Part shown: piece after piece, positions 32,288 through 43,441 of the stretch | Position numbering within the stretch: the first letter of the stretch is position 1 | Layout: every line of letters starts with the position of its first letter | Assembly (NCBI GenBank): GCA_003707115.1 | Contig: PPNB01000006.1 | Span: 62,001 to 126,000, forward strand | Length of the DNA: 64,000 bases | Direction of reading: 5' to 3' | Source: Tortispora ganteri | Taxonomy: Eukaryota | The notes under the pieces: generated by a model | Database searches by the model: none | What the model saw: only the letters and a program-made list of their open reading frames with translations | What the model was told of the DNA's origin: nothing | Made by a program: the position numbers and the translations under genes

Positions 32288-33628
32288 CTATAATTGACGC
32301 GATGCAGCCTCTGCTGCTAAATCAACAACAATGTTAACTATGGCGAAAAGAACCTCAACGCCGATCAGCACAATTACTATAAATTCTAGGTATTCTCCGT
32401 GTGAATGCGATAACTGCTCCTTTAACATCTGCAGTAGATCTGAAATTACTTCAAGTCTTTGGTTTAGCAAGGAAACTCTTTGATTTATTTCAAGGTAAGA
32501 TCGTGCAGCAAGGTATATCGGCTCTAGATGAGGCTCAGACCACATCAGTTCGGGTGAATCGAGGATCGATCCATGCAAATTCACATTAATTCGTAGAATG
32601 AAAAGTTCACCTATCCACATCATAATTTTCTTTCGACCCATGTGAATTTTTCCTGAAAGAGCAATTTCTTGTGGTAAAGCTTGGGTATCTTCTATTGTAT
32701 CGTCAACCAACTCCTCAAATAACGATATCTTAACGCTCTGAGCAATTGCATGTGAAATAGATAACTTGGTCATGTAGCTTCTTGCATCTTTTAGAGTAAT
32801 GAAGTCATTATAGATGCGTGGTTGATAATCTTGTGTTATGTAATAGTTGAACTCTTCAACTTCAATGTCATCATTATCCAGTTTTTCAACCTCAAAGCGT
32901 TCAAGCTCTCTCAAAAACCGACGCTCTTCGGCTTCCGTAAATCCCCAAAGCACACAAACACCGTACTCAAAGATAAAAATATCCCCAAGTCCAACAAATC
33001 CAATACTCACTGCTCTGTCATCCTCTTCGCTGATCCGTACAAACCCTTCCTCAGGTTGCTGCTGACCGTGTAGCACAAATGAGTATGGAGTGTATAGGCA
33101 CTCATCAAAAAGTTTAGGGGCCGCTCGAAAGGCTTTCCGTGAGTTCATATATTTAATCAGATCTTTCATTCTGTATGAACTTGCAGTACAATAAGCAGTT
33201 ACCCTAGGCAATTTAGACCGTTCTTCTCTTCCGAGTCTTTCAGCGTCGCCTCGCGCAGCGGCATCTTTAATGTGTGTCACCTGTGAGTATACATCTCTTC
33301 CTGACTCTTCGTCATCCGGATATGGTTCGTCCGGCAATAGTTTAAGTTTTTGTGCTACACGTGAAGTTCTTTGAGGGCCCAATCGGTGTTGGGCTGGTGT
33401 GCCCGCAGATTCCGCCGTCATCGACGGCGGTAGCACAACAGGGCGTTTACCAATAGATGGAGAAGCATTGCTTCCTACAGAAACATGGGAAAATGAGTTG
33501 GAGTTTCGTCTTCTAGTTGTTGATGCAGTCCCAGGGTTAGCAATGGCGGAACCAGAAGTTATGCTTCCTAAGGAGTCTGCACCTCCAGGTTTCTTGGTAA
33601 TCAGTGGCGTTCTTTCAGGCTCTTCCAT
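32288..33628 (-). CDS. RMD1: Rmd1 (DUF155 family)
   Basis: GPQRTSRVAQKLKLLP, LPRVTAYCTA, FIFEYGV, SHAIAQSVK, YLEINQRV and LEFIVIVLI. First ATG at 33628. Confidence 0.9.
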   Translation of the reverse strand: MEEPERTPLITKKPGGADSLGSITSGSAIANPGTASTTRRRNSNSFSHVSVGSNASPSIGKRPVVLPPSMTAESAGTPAQHRLGPQRTSRVAQKLKLLPDEPYPDDEESGRDVYSQVTHIKDAAARGDAERLGREERSKLPRVTAYCTASSYRMKDLIKYMNSRKAFRAAPKLFDECLYTPYSFVLHGQQQPEEGFVRISEEDDRAVSIGFVGLGDIFIFEYGVCVLWGFTEAEERRFLRELERFEVEKLDNDDIEVEEFNYYITQDYQPRIYNDFITLKDARSYMTKLSISHAIAQSVKISLFEELVDDTIEDTQALPQEIALSGKIHMGRKKIMMWIGELFILRINVNLHGSILDSPELMWSEPHLEPIYLAARSYLEINQRVSLLNQRLEVISDLLQMLKEQLSHSHGEYLEFIVIVLIGVEVLFAIVNIVVDLAAEAASRQL

Positions 33629-34039
33629 TGAAAACAAAGTTGTATTACTTTTGAGTCACAATTTTACACTCCTTTAACTTTCTAATAATTCAAGACACTC
33701 AGCTATTGGAGACGTAAAATGCAAACAAAGCTTACACCTATTTAAAAAAAGAAGGGGAATGTTGGTGGTTACATAACTTCATCAATGTGTTAACTAACTT
33801 AAAAATGTGCAGTATGAGTCGTGGATTGGTCTCCTTAACTCCCAATCAGAAAGCTTAGTCAATTTTTGTTTAATAACGGATCACTAGATATATTTTCTTT
33901 CGTAACTTTACCACCCTTAAGCCAACCATACAAGGAATAGAAATCCTTGAAGCTTGAATACAACTCAAAACCTATCTCAAGAGATCTTGAAGATCTTGAC
34001 TGACTTTTTGACTCCTTTTTTCTATTGATTTGTAAAACG

Positions 34040-35868
34040 ATGAAATACGTAGTAGTATCTGGAGGTAAGTAAACTATTGCTAAAGCACGACCGTAACGGC
34101 CTTGTGCACTTTTTTAGGCTGAGATATTTTATCTTTATACTTGGTACTAACTTGCCATTTAGGTGTCATTTCTGGTATTGGCAAAGGTGTTATTGCTTCT
34201 TCAACGGGTCTTCTACTTAAAACTTTAGGCTTACGTGTCACATCCATAAAGATAGATCCTTATGTGAATATAGATGCAGGAACGATGAGTCCTCTAGAAC
34301 ATGGCGAAGTTTTTGTTCTGGACGATGGCGGTGAAGTTGACCTAGATCTAGGAAACTATGAGCGTTATTTAAATGTATCATTGACGCGTGAAAATAACAT
34401 TACCACAGGTAAAATTTATTCCCGTGTCATCGAACGTGAACGCAAAGGAGACTACTTGGGTAAGACGGTTCAGGTAGTCCCTCATGTCACCGATACGATC
34501 CAGAATTGGATAGAAGAAGTGGCACATCATCCTGTAGATGATTCAGGATGTGAGCCAGATGTTTGTATAGTCGAATTAGGCGGAACCGTCGGTGACATAG
34601 AGTCAGCTCCGTTTGTCGAAGCTCTCAGACAGTTCCAATTTCGCGTTGGAAGAGAGAATTTTGCCCTGATTCACGTATCTCTTGTACCAACGATTTCTGG
34701 GGAGCAAAAGACAAAACCCACGCAGGCCGCTATTCGTGACCTCCGTAGTCTTGGTCTGTCTCCTGATATCATTGCATGTCGCTGCTCAGAAAAATTAGAG
34801 AAGCAAACTGTTGATAAACTTGCTATGTTTTGCCATGTCACACCTGATCAAGTGTTGGTGGTGCATGATTTACGTTCTATTTACTTGGTTCCCGTTCTTC
34901 TTGAAGAGCAGAAGCTCTTGAAGTCTCTTGATTTAAAGATTCAACTTAATACCATCATGCTTCCTCCTGAAAGAGCTCGCGCAGGTACTGATCTATGGTC
35001 AGAATGGAAATCTCTTACTGCTAGAGATAACCGCTCATTTGACAAGATAACCATTGCATTAGTAGGGAAATACACGCACCTCAAAGATTCTTACATCTCA
35101 GTGGTCAAGTCTCTCGAGCATTCAGCTATGCACGTTGGTCGCGTTCTGGAAATTGTTTGGGTTGAAGCTTCAGACCTTGAGGCTGAAACTTCCACTGCGG
35201 AAAAAGTTAAGTTTCATAAAGCGTGGCACGACGTTTGTTCTGCAGATGGTATCCTTGTTCCTGGCGGTTTCGGTACCCGAGGCACAGAAGGTATGATAGC
35301 AGCTGCTAAATGGGCTCGCGAAAACAACGTACCTTATTTAGGAATCTGTCTCGGCCTACAGCTGGCTGCTGTGGAATATTTGCGAAACGTTGCTGGCGTT
35401 ATAGATGCTTCCTCCGAAGAATTTGATCCGGAACTCAGCGGCAGTAATAAAGCTGTTGTGTTCATGCCAGAAGTCTCGAAAACTCATCTTGGAGGTACCA
35501 TGCGGCTTGGACTAAGATCAACCAAGTTTCAACCTAATACAGAGTGGAGCCGCATTCGCAAGCTTTACAATAATTCTGAAGAAATATTCGAGCGCCATCG
35601 TCATCGCTATGAAGTTAACCCTGATCTGGTACCTCTGTTGGAAGAAAAAGGTCTTCACTTCGTAGGCAAAGATGAATCTGGCATAAGAATGGAAATTCTT
35701 GAACTTAAGGACCATCCGTATTATGTCGCTACTCAGTTTCATCCTGAATACATTTCAAAAGTGTTAAATCCCTCTAAACCTTTCTTGGGTCTAGTTGCAG
35801 CAAGTGCCGGTATCTTGGATAATGTTATAGCTGAAATTGGACGAAAAGACGGTAAATCCTCTTTTTAA
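34040..35868 (+). CDS. URA7: CTP synthase; exons 34040-34064 and 34163-35868, intron 34065-34162
   Basis: Splicing GTAAGT...TACTAAC...TTTAG restores [17 protein letters not shown]. GATase motifs GICLG and QFHPE present. Confidence 0.97.
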
Positions 35869-35925
35869 TCATTACCTACTTAAAAAATAGCAAAGAAAAT
35901 ATGTGAAAGTCGAATTCTGAGAATA

Positions 35926-36678
35926 TCATGAGAAACGTTTAATTAATATTTCTAGCTCCTTTGCCAGTTCAGGTTTTGGAATTTCCTTCAAGTAGATATC
36001 CCTTGCCTTTTTGGCGGCTACCAATGACCCTTTCTCAATCGCTTTCATGTAATAATAAAGCGAATCTTTAGTATTAGCTGACTTAATCGCATCTCCTATA
36101 CCAATACATACGTCCGGGTATTCTGTTTTGTTCGTGATTTGTGTCAAATATGTCAGCTTATCATCGGGATCAGAAGTTAGTGAAGCTAACTGCCTTAGCG
36201 CTAAGTCTTTTATGTCTGTATATATCTCATTGTTGTCTTTTGCAGTCCATTCTACGACCTGACGATACATTTGAGTTGCTTCATTTACTCTTTTGTTATG
36301 TAGAAGGACATCTCCATACAGCTTTGATGCAACAGGATCTTGCGTCGCTAACTCTCTCAAATCATTGGTTGATTTTCTGCTTTGCTTCATAGCATTTTCA
36401 AAAGCCATCAATGCTTGTGCAGATCGGCTGCCCCTTTTAGATGCATCACTTACTAGTTTTAGTTCTATACTGATATACTCTTTATTCACAATTCCAGAAG
36501 AGAGTCGGAATCTTTCAAAGGAACGCTTAAGTGTGTATAGATCACTTCCGCTGATGTTTTCTGGAATGGGTTTGTTATCAGAGTATGAGCTGATAACTGT
36601 CAAAGCAGAAGTTCGTGAAACTGAAGAGCCGATTCCTTTCAAATATGGCTTAATATCTCGATATGCTGCAGCGGCCAT
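35926..36678 (-). CDS. MSS2: Mss2-like TPR protein (Cox2 export); the 5' end may be incomplete
   Basis: GSDLYTLKRSFERFR...NKEYISIELKLVSDASKRG..AQALMAF and KLYGDVLLHNK resemble recalled Mss2 segments. No clear presequence. Confidence 0.6.
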   Translation of the reverse strand: MAAAAYRDIKPYLKGIGSSVSRTSALTVISSYSDNKPIPENISGSDLYTLKRSFERFRLSSGIVNKEYISIELKLVSDASKRGSRSAQALMAFENAMKQSRKSTNDLRELATQDPVASKLYGDVLLHNKRVNEATQMYRQVVEWTAKDNNEIYTDIKDLALRQLASLTSDPDDKLTYLTQITNKTEYPDVCIGIGDAIKSANTKDSLYYYMKAIEKGSLVAAKKARDIYLKEIPKPELAKELEILIKRFS

Positions 36679-37163
36679 TATGCTAAGAACATCTAGTCGC
36701 CCAAATGTGAAGTCCTCTACCTACAGTCACTACGACATTTACATTTATATCCCAATTCTATTTTGCTTATAAGGTCAGAGAACACAATGCACTTATCTAC
36801 TTATATACTTTCCTTGTTTCGCATTGTGTCGACTGGAAAATATATGAACCTATTGATAATTTACTACTAATATCTGGTAAGCCGCTCTACCATTGTAACT
36901 ATGTATCGGATTTTTTATAGACCTACACCCTATCGATCGATCCCTTTATTGGAGATTCTACGGCGCGAATGAGGTGTTATGGCAGGGTAACGAAATGACC
37001 AATAAGAGAGCGAGTTAGCTCAACAGTATATTCGAAGCTTAACAATTTTAACAGGCAACGAATGTCTAGTTCTCGACGAGAATAATATTTAAAAGTATCT
37101 CATCCCTAGAGGAAGGTGGTTGATTGAGAAGCTGAAAATAAAGAGACAAACATAATCGCAGAT

Positions 37164-37778
37164 ATGGTGCAGACAAGAAGGTCAGCAAGATTAGAAGAAA
37201 AAGAAAAAGGTGTAGATCATGAAGAGGATGAGATAACTGAGAAACTTATACCACATGATTCTGAAGATGAAGATCGGAGTGATAGTGATGATGAAGCACC
37301 TGAAGAATTATCTTTCTCAGGTACAAAAAAAATTGCCAAGGAGCAGCAAATGGCTGCAGAGATTGCTCGGCGGAGAGCTATCGAGGAAGAAAAGGAAAAA
37401 AATCGCACTAGAACGCTTAAGCTGCAGCAACAAGCTAAAGAAAAAGCAGAAAGAATGTCGCATCAGAAGTTAGAGAAGTTAGATGCAGAAGACTCGGACG
37501 ATCTTAATGATGAGTTACCGGAAAATATTCTCGATGCAGTCGATTTTGAGACTTCTGTTATCAAAGACGTTGCATCTAAAGATAGCGCCAAATCGTTAAA
37601 TGAAGCCACGAAAAATGAGAAACATAAACGCTTTGATGACAACGATCCTGAAATTAGAAAAGGTCCAATAAAAGTGAAGATATTAAAGAAGCTCAAAGCT
37701 ATGCCACCGCCTGCAGCTAGCAAAGTCGTTGATTTCAGAACTCAGTTGTTGAATCGGAAAACCATTGATCGGCGGTGA
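37164..37778 (+). CDS. BUD21: Bud21/Utp16-like U3 snoRNP-associated protein
   Basis: DSDDEAPEELS motif, charged coiled coil, ELPENIL, HKRFDD and PP...FR..LL.R C-terminus. Confidence 0.6.
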   Translation: MVQTRRSARLEEKEKGVDHEEDEITEKLIPHDSEDEDRSDSDDEAPEELSFSGTKKIAKEQQMAAEIARRRAIEEEKEKNRTRTLKLQQQAKEKAERMSHQKLEKLDAEDSDDLNDELPENILDAVDFETSVIKDVASKDSAKSLNEATKNEKHKRFDDNDPEIRKGPIKVKILKKLKAMPPPAASKVVDFRTQLLNRKTIDRR

Positions 37779-37814
37779 AGACATGATCCTATCCGCAGAA
37801 TGTGAATTTATATA

Positions 37815-38768
37815 CTACTCTGGTACTAGATATGTCAAAAATGGTATGCACATTCCGAAAACTGAACACATCAAATCAATAAATGCAACGACTTTACCTG
37901 AATCAGCATGGAAAGAATCTGCATTTACCTCTTGCATGACATGGATGGCAACGTAAAGGAATGTTCCGCCAGAAAATACCAATATAACACCGGTCCACCA
38001 TTGAATAGAGTTAATAATGACATCTGATTCAGTACTATCAGTAGATCCACCCGTTATCAACATTGTGATGGCCCATGTTAGTAAAGCTCCAACTGGCGCA
38101 GCCAATGAAAAAGTCAGTAGGTGCAGCCGGATTTGATAGTAAGGAATACCTTGTCGTAGCAGAAGTGCTACCAAGCTGAAAGCAGCAGGTGCCTTGTGTA
38201 CCAGTACCGCTAAAAACACTATAGTTTCAAGAGTCGAGTTATCGGAAAGAGCAGACGCACCTATTGCAATACCATCGGCCACTGCGTGGACAATTAACCC
38301 AAATGTAGTGAAGCTTGAATCTGATTGCACCTTAACAGTATTGCCAGCAGAATTCTCATTCTCCGTGATGTGAGATTCTGCGAACCTACCACCCCTTATC
38401 TCCGTCAGATCAACGCGTGAGTGAATAGGTTCTTTAGATGCAGCTAATTTAGGAACCTGGTCTATTATGTGCATCAACAAGAATCCTAAAACAAGCGCCA
38501 CGCCTATGGCTCTATCAAAATTAGCAGTCGGATCTATTGATTTAGGCTTCCCCTCAAGACCACCCAGGGTAACAGAGTGGTATAAAGTCTCCACTCCTTC
38601 TGGAATCACAACTTCCATTGATGTGCCAACCAGTATGCCCATTCCTATCATGGAAATGGCTCGAATCCGTCGGTCTGATAAGGTCACCATCATAGGTAGT
38701 AATCCAGCCAGGAAAGACGCCACACCCATTAATATACATAGTAACACAAGGTTTAGAAAGGTACTCAT
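37815..38768 (-). CDS. ATX2: ZIP-family metal transporter, Atx2/ZIP9-like
   Basis: GILVGT..VVIPEGVETL, GLIVHAVADGIAIG, HKAPAAF and FSGGTFLYVA. Confidence 0.88.
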   Translation of the reverse strand: MSTFLNLVLLCILMGVASFLAGLLPMMVTLSDRRIRAISMIGMGILVGTSMEVVIPEGVETLYHSVTLGGLEGKPKSIDPTANFDRAIGVALVLGFLLMHIIDQVPKLAASKEPIHSRVDLTEIRGGRFAESHITENENSAGNTVKVQSDSSFTTFGLIVHAVADGIAIGASALSDNSTLETIVFLAVLVHKAPAAFSLVALLLRQGIPYYQIRLHLLTFSLAAPVGALLTWAITMLITGGSTDSTESDVIINSIQWWTGVILVFSGGTFLYVAIHVMQEVNADSFHADSGKVVAFIDLMCSVFGMCIPFLTYLVPE

Positions 38769-39166
38769 TTCTTTTCTCAGTTTGCAAGCTCGTTGCTTCA
38801 GACAAAATAGTTACCCAATAGACGATAGAAAATAAAGCTGGAGCGCGCTCGGTACTACTCCGAAGTCCTGTCAATCCCAAGCTTGTAAGTAAGAACCTTA
38901 TTAACGGAAAATATACACCAGTCGCACTTCATATAGCCACACGCATGTTTGACCTGTTAATTACTGCAATCACTTGTTTCTAATTAATATATTTACTCTT
39001 TGACTGATCATGTAGTTTGTAGCTCCGCTGCGGGTATGTGATACCCAGCATTTGGCAATCGCATTATAAATACAATACGAAGAAATGACTGAAACGGGGG
39101 CAGGAGCAAGTCGCGTAAATTAATTAGAAATGAAGCTTAACCTAACCTTTGACAACCTGAAAGAAA

Positions 39167-40378
39167 ATGGACGAATATACCGTGAATAGCAATGAAGCCA
39201 TTACTATTTGTCTATCAGGCTTCGAAAAACATGATTTTAATCCAGATATGACTTACTCTGTTTTTGGAGAAAATGAAACAATATATGGTTATAAAGACTT
39301 GAAAATTAAGATAATGGTCGATGCTTCCACTTTTCTTATGTACCTAGATGTATCCTACTCGGACAAAAAACCCGATGCAATTGATATTGAGAACACGCTC
39401 TCTCATCTATTACCTGAAGATGCATACTCATCGGAAGAAGCATGGATGAAAGCTATACAGGATGAGAAACACAATATCCCTTACGGCACACTGATAAATT
39501 CAGGTGATACGATCGCAGTTTCTAGATTCCGGGCATACGACTATCCAGAACTTACTCGCAGACTTGAAACGTTTGTGCCGCTTTTTATTGAGGCAGGAAC
39601 AGTTATAGATACTCATGATAAACGATGGGAAGTATATTTGATGTATGCTCCTAACACTTACGATATCATAGGGTTTACAACAGTATATGACTGTTTTTAT
39701 TTTAACGCACAAGAATCAAACACTGTTCCAACAGAAGAGAAATCTTCAGCTGTGGAAGATATTATTGCCAGTTGTGTCAATATGCCTATGCTGGATGACG
39801 ATCCCTTGATCCTGAGTCGAAAAAGAATATCTCAGTTTCTTATTCTTCCTCCGTATCAACGAAGTGGAAATGGACGCACATTATATACAATAGTATTTGA
39901 TTCACTATTTTCAGATGGATCTGTAAGGGAAATTTGTGTTGAAGACCCTTCTGAGGCCTTTGATGATATGAGAGATGTCAGCGATTTAATCAGGCTGAGT
40001 CGTCCTCGAGGGACGTACCCACCATTATGGGAATCTGGGTTTTTTGATATGGCTGACCCTGCGGCAATTAAATCACAAGCAAAGACTGAAAAAATAGTCC
40101 TGCGGCAGTTCCAGAGATTAGTTGAAATGGCGCGTCTTAAGAATCTTAATTCAAAAAGTAAGGCAGAAAAGAAAGCACTTAGGATTGCTATCAAGAAGCG
40201 CTTGTTTTTACACAATAAAGAAGCTCTGAAAGATCTTGAGAGACCCGATCAAATGCAAAGATTAGATCAAGCCTATGACTCCGTCATTGAGCATTACAAA
40301 GAGATCTTAAATACGGTTAAAAGACTTGATAAACCTAGGTCTAGTGCCGATCAATCGCGCAAAAAGCAGAAATCATAG
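39167..40378 (+). CDS. HAT1: Histone acetyltransferase type B catalytic subunit
   Basis: FGENETIYGYKDL, LFIEAG, RISQFLILPPYQRSGNG and VEDPSEAFDDMRD. Confidence 0.94.
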   Translation: MDEYTVNSNEAITICLSGFEKHDFNPDMTYSVFGENETIYGYKDLKIKIMVDASTFLMYLDVSYSDKKPDAIDIENTLSHLLPEDAYSSEEAWMKAIQDEKHNIPYGTLINSGDTIAVSRFRAYDYPELTRRLETFVPLFIEAGTVIDTHDKRWEVYLMYAPNTYDIIGFTTVYDCFYFNAQESNTVPTEEKSSAVEDIIASCVNMPMLDDDPLILSRKRISQFLILPPYQRSGNGRTLYTIVFDSLFSDGSVREICVEDPSEAFDDMRDVSDLIRLSRPRGTYPPLWESGFFDMADPAAIKSQAKTEKIVLRQFQRLVEMARLKNLNSKSKAEKKALRIAIKKRLFLHNKEALKDLERPDQMQRLDQAYDSVIEHYKEILNTVKRLDKPRSSADQSRKKQKS

Positions 40379-40428
40379 ATTCCAGGAAGATTAACTGAGC
40401 ATACTCATGGTTCAAGACATATAATCAC

Positions 40429-41175
40429 CTATGCCTTATATTTTCGGTCTTTCTGGTTATAGTAATCCACATACTCTTGTAAGTATCGAGGTATCGGAAT
40501 CTGATTCTCTACGTACGATGCAGAAACAGGTTCACCGAATGTTTGATTCAAAGGCACATTGCCTACCCAAATTGTACCCAGAGTACTCGGATCATAATTA
40601 GCTGACTTTTCGTTGCCTTGTCCTGTCCTTGCCTTGTACGTTCCTGATGCCACTTTCACCTTAATTATCGAAGTAGTAGCAATTTCAGCGGGTAGTGGAG
40701 GACCATTACAGTTTTCCCATCGATCTGGAACAATCGAGTTTGTAATTAATTTCATGGCATAAAGTTTTTCTTCTTCGTCAGTTACTAAAGTAGCATCACC
40801 ATGAATTACAGCAGACCTGTAGTTCATACTATGAGAGAATGGAGTAGATGTTAGCACTAATGCATCTACTATATGTCCTGAAAGGCAAATAGGTATGCCT
40901 TCATCTCCTGCTTCACGAAGAAGGTTAGCTAGGTGAAAGGAGACATAACCATGTACATACGCATCCAATGGCTCATCAAACTCCGACGAAGGATTCTCAA
41001 ATGACCCCATTGCAGCTATCATCGGTATACACACAGGTCTGTTGTCAACGACGAAAGATACTGTAACTGAAGGTAGTTCGTGAATAAGGCGTTGAATCGG
41101 CTCTAACTCATATACATCTCTGTTAAGCCCTCTAGTAGGTGTGTTGAGCTTTGTTTTAGGAAATTTTAGATTCAT
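40429..41175 (-). CDS. Flavin-nucleotide-binding protein (pyridoxamine-5'-phosphate-oxidase-like / NimA family)
   Basis: PVCIPM, YVHG, VDALVL...FSHSMNYRSAVIHG, EEKLYAM..I...VPDRW and KARTG. Confidence 0.82.
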   Translation of the reverse strand: MNLKFPKTKLNTPTRGLNRDVYELEPIQRLIHELPSVTVSFVVDNRPVCIPMIAAMGSFENPSSEFDEPLDAYVHGYVSFHLANLLREAGDEGIPICLSGHIVDALVLTSTPFSHSMNYRSAVIHGDATLVTDEEEKLYAMKLITNSIVPDRWENCNGPPLPAEIATTSIIKVKVASGTYKARTGQGNEKSANYDPSTLGTIWVGNVPLNQTFGEPVSASYVENQIPIPRYLQEYVDYYNQKDRKYKA

Positions 41176-42241
41176 TAGATAATGTAATATCAGTGTTTCC
41201 CAGTCTGAAAAGTAAAATGGGCTGTCTATATGTACTCCTACTATCCGATAACGCGCTTACCCCACATGAAACTACCGCTGATAGCGCGCGCCCCGTTACG
41301 CAATGTCCATATCTCCCATATATATCCTCCTCCTCTCATTGGTTGATTATCAGTAAAAATAGGTTTCCGATACGATGAGTCATTATTGGCTTAAACTAAT
41401 CAGTTATCCCAACACACCTGCAGATGTTAAGACAAACTGACTTCTATAAACCTGTCGAATTCTTTTTAGCAATAAGGGTAAATAATTAGTTGTCTAAGGT
41501 TTATGCTTACTTCTCAGCAGATACCTGAAAACAAACAGTTAGTTCCATCGACTTGCACCTTGGAAAAAAGGTCAGGTCGGATTCTTCAACAGGTTTGTCT
41601 TCCTGACTCATTGATATGGGGTTGTATAATCAGTTGAGCTACTTGGAAATCGATCTAATTCAATGAAAAATACCAAGCGCATTATGGAGATGCTTCTTTC
41701 TAAATGCCGCTGAGCAGGAGCTTGCTTACCTATTGGTTTAACACGTCCTTAATCGATGCACCAAGTGCCCATCTCAGCGCCACACATAACATTTGTAACT
41801 CATACTAATTGAACTAATGATGACCCTTAATATGCTCCTATAATTAAAAAAAAATGATGTGTACCGAATACTTAAATAAGTTTCATATAGTCTTGTGCCA
41901 AACACCGTAAAAAAGCCGTAGTTATACAAATCTAACAAAACGCCAATCAACGGATGCCTACAATATCCATTTGTTCAGTGGACCGAAGAAAAAATCTTGC
42001 TTACTTTACCGTCAGTAACAATCACTGGTTGAGATTGTATCTAGCACTAAAACATGGTAAAATAATCAAATTGTTGCAGGTAAATTGCCTTACCACGTGC
42101 ATGAATCACCGCAATATCAGTGAAGTCATGTGGCGTGTGCAAAAGTATACAATCTCATATAGCTCAATAATCTCTAATCAACGCTGGAAGGTTTACCATA
42201 TTTATATCCATCATTTTACTTATTGAGCTTTCATAATGTCC

Positions 42242-42594
42242 TTCCGATAATCAAAGAGCGCCACTTTGTATACGCAAATCTGTTTCACAATAGTAGCCAT
42301 GTTCATGAAAATTATAGTACGCCACATAGAAATTACATTTAGACGAATTTCCCTGATATTCCCAGTCATACTATTAATAATTACTTGGCCAGACATTACT
42401 TGCTTTTTTTCCTTATAAGGGCAATATAATACACATGCATACACTGAATTCTTAACAGCCCATAATAATGCTAGTTAACAAACCGCCACACTTTTACTAT
42501 AATTTGCCACCATTGCTTACTACCGCCCTGTTGTTGCTAGACATAGTCTATTTTTATTTAGCCGTTACACTAATAACATCCATGGCTCAATAAA
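42242..42594 (+). repeat. Diverged direct repeat, copy 1 (~355 bp)
   Basis: Collinear blocks shared with 42711-43064: AGCGCCAC, TAGCCAT..CATGAAAAT, AATTACA.TTAGACGA, ACATTACTTGCT, GCATACACTGAA, ACCGCCAC, CCATTGCTT, TTATTTAGCCG and ATGGCTCAAT. Confidence 0.9.
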
Positions 42595-42710
42595 ATTTTA
42601 TAATGATTGAGCTATTTTTTTAATGATTTTACTCGAAAGCTTTAGAATAGTCATTGAATGCGTGCATGGTTTTAATCTACCGCTATGAACTGTGCTATTA
42701 TTTTATTTTC

Positions 42711-43064
42711 CTCCAATTATCAAAAAGCGCCACCTTATATACAAAAAGTCCGATTAATAATGATAGCCATCTCCATGAAAATCTGAACGGTGCACATAGG
42801 AATTACAGTTAGACGATTCTCTCTGAATTCTCAGTCTCCATACTATCAGAGAAATTACCGGACGAAACATTACTTGCTCTGCTCCTTATATGAACATTAG
42901 AATACACGCGCATACACTGAAGCCCTAGGTCAACGGTAATAATAATAAAATTATCTACCGCCACTTGAGTACTAGATTTGGCCATTGCTTGCTACCCGAT
43001 TTTCGCTAGGAATACAAGACCCTTATTTAGCCGGTACACGAATAGCATCTATGGCTCAATGAAA
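42711..43064 (+). repeat. Diverged direct repeat, copy 2 (offset ~469 bp)
   Basis: Same ordered blocks as copy 1, with substitutions and small indels. Confidence 0.9.
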
Positions 43065-43404
43065 GCCAAAATAAGTTGTATATACTATAAAATCATTTCT
43101 TAGAACACGAATAATACTATCTATCTCCAGGGACGTGTTGATTATGACGGTCGATCATATGGTTTTGTGCAAAGAAATCGCTAAACCATGTTTAAGAGGG
43201 AGGATTCCCCCGCAGCTAATTTAAACCAAAACAACCCCCCCAGCACCTGCCCTATCGCAACTATCAAACCTCATTCCGTCTATGAATTATACAAATTTGT
43301 TTCTGAGATGAAATCTGCTCTTTTTTCAAGTTCTAGTATCTCCCTATAGTAATTGTTACATATAGCGGAGCAAATTTAGTTGTCCTGTAAAAGACTGCAC
43401 GCGC

Positions 43405-43441
43405 TTATTATTAATTATTAATATTATTATTATTAATATTA
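43405..43441. repeat. Pure A/T low-complexity (TAT/ATT)-type tract
   Basis: ttattattaattattaatattattattattaatatta read directly. Confidence 0.8.

Noticed and set aside
36293..36772. 159-aa plus-strand ORF and the many other 60-150 aa track ORFs inside genes
   Set aside because: Antisense or out-of-frame to well-supported genes, with no motifs.
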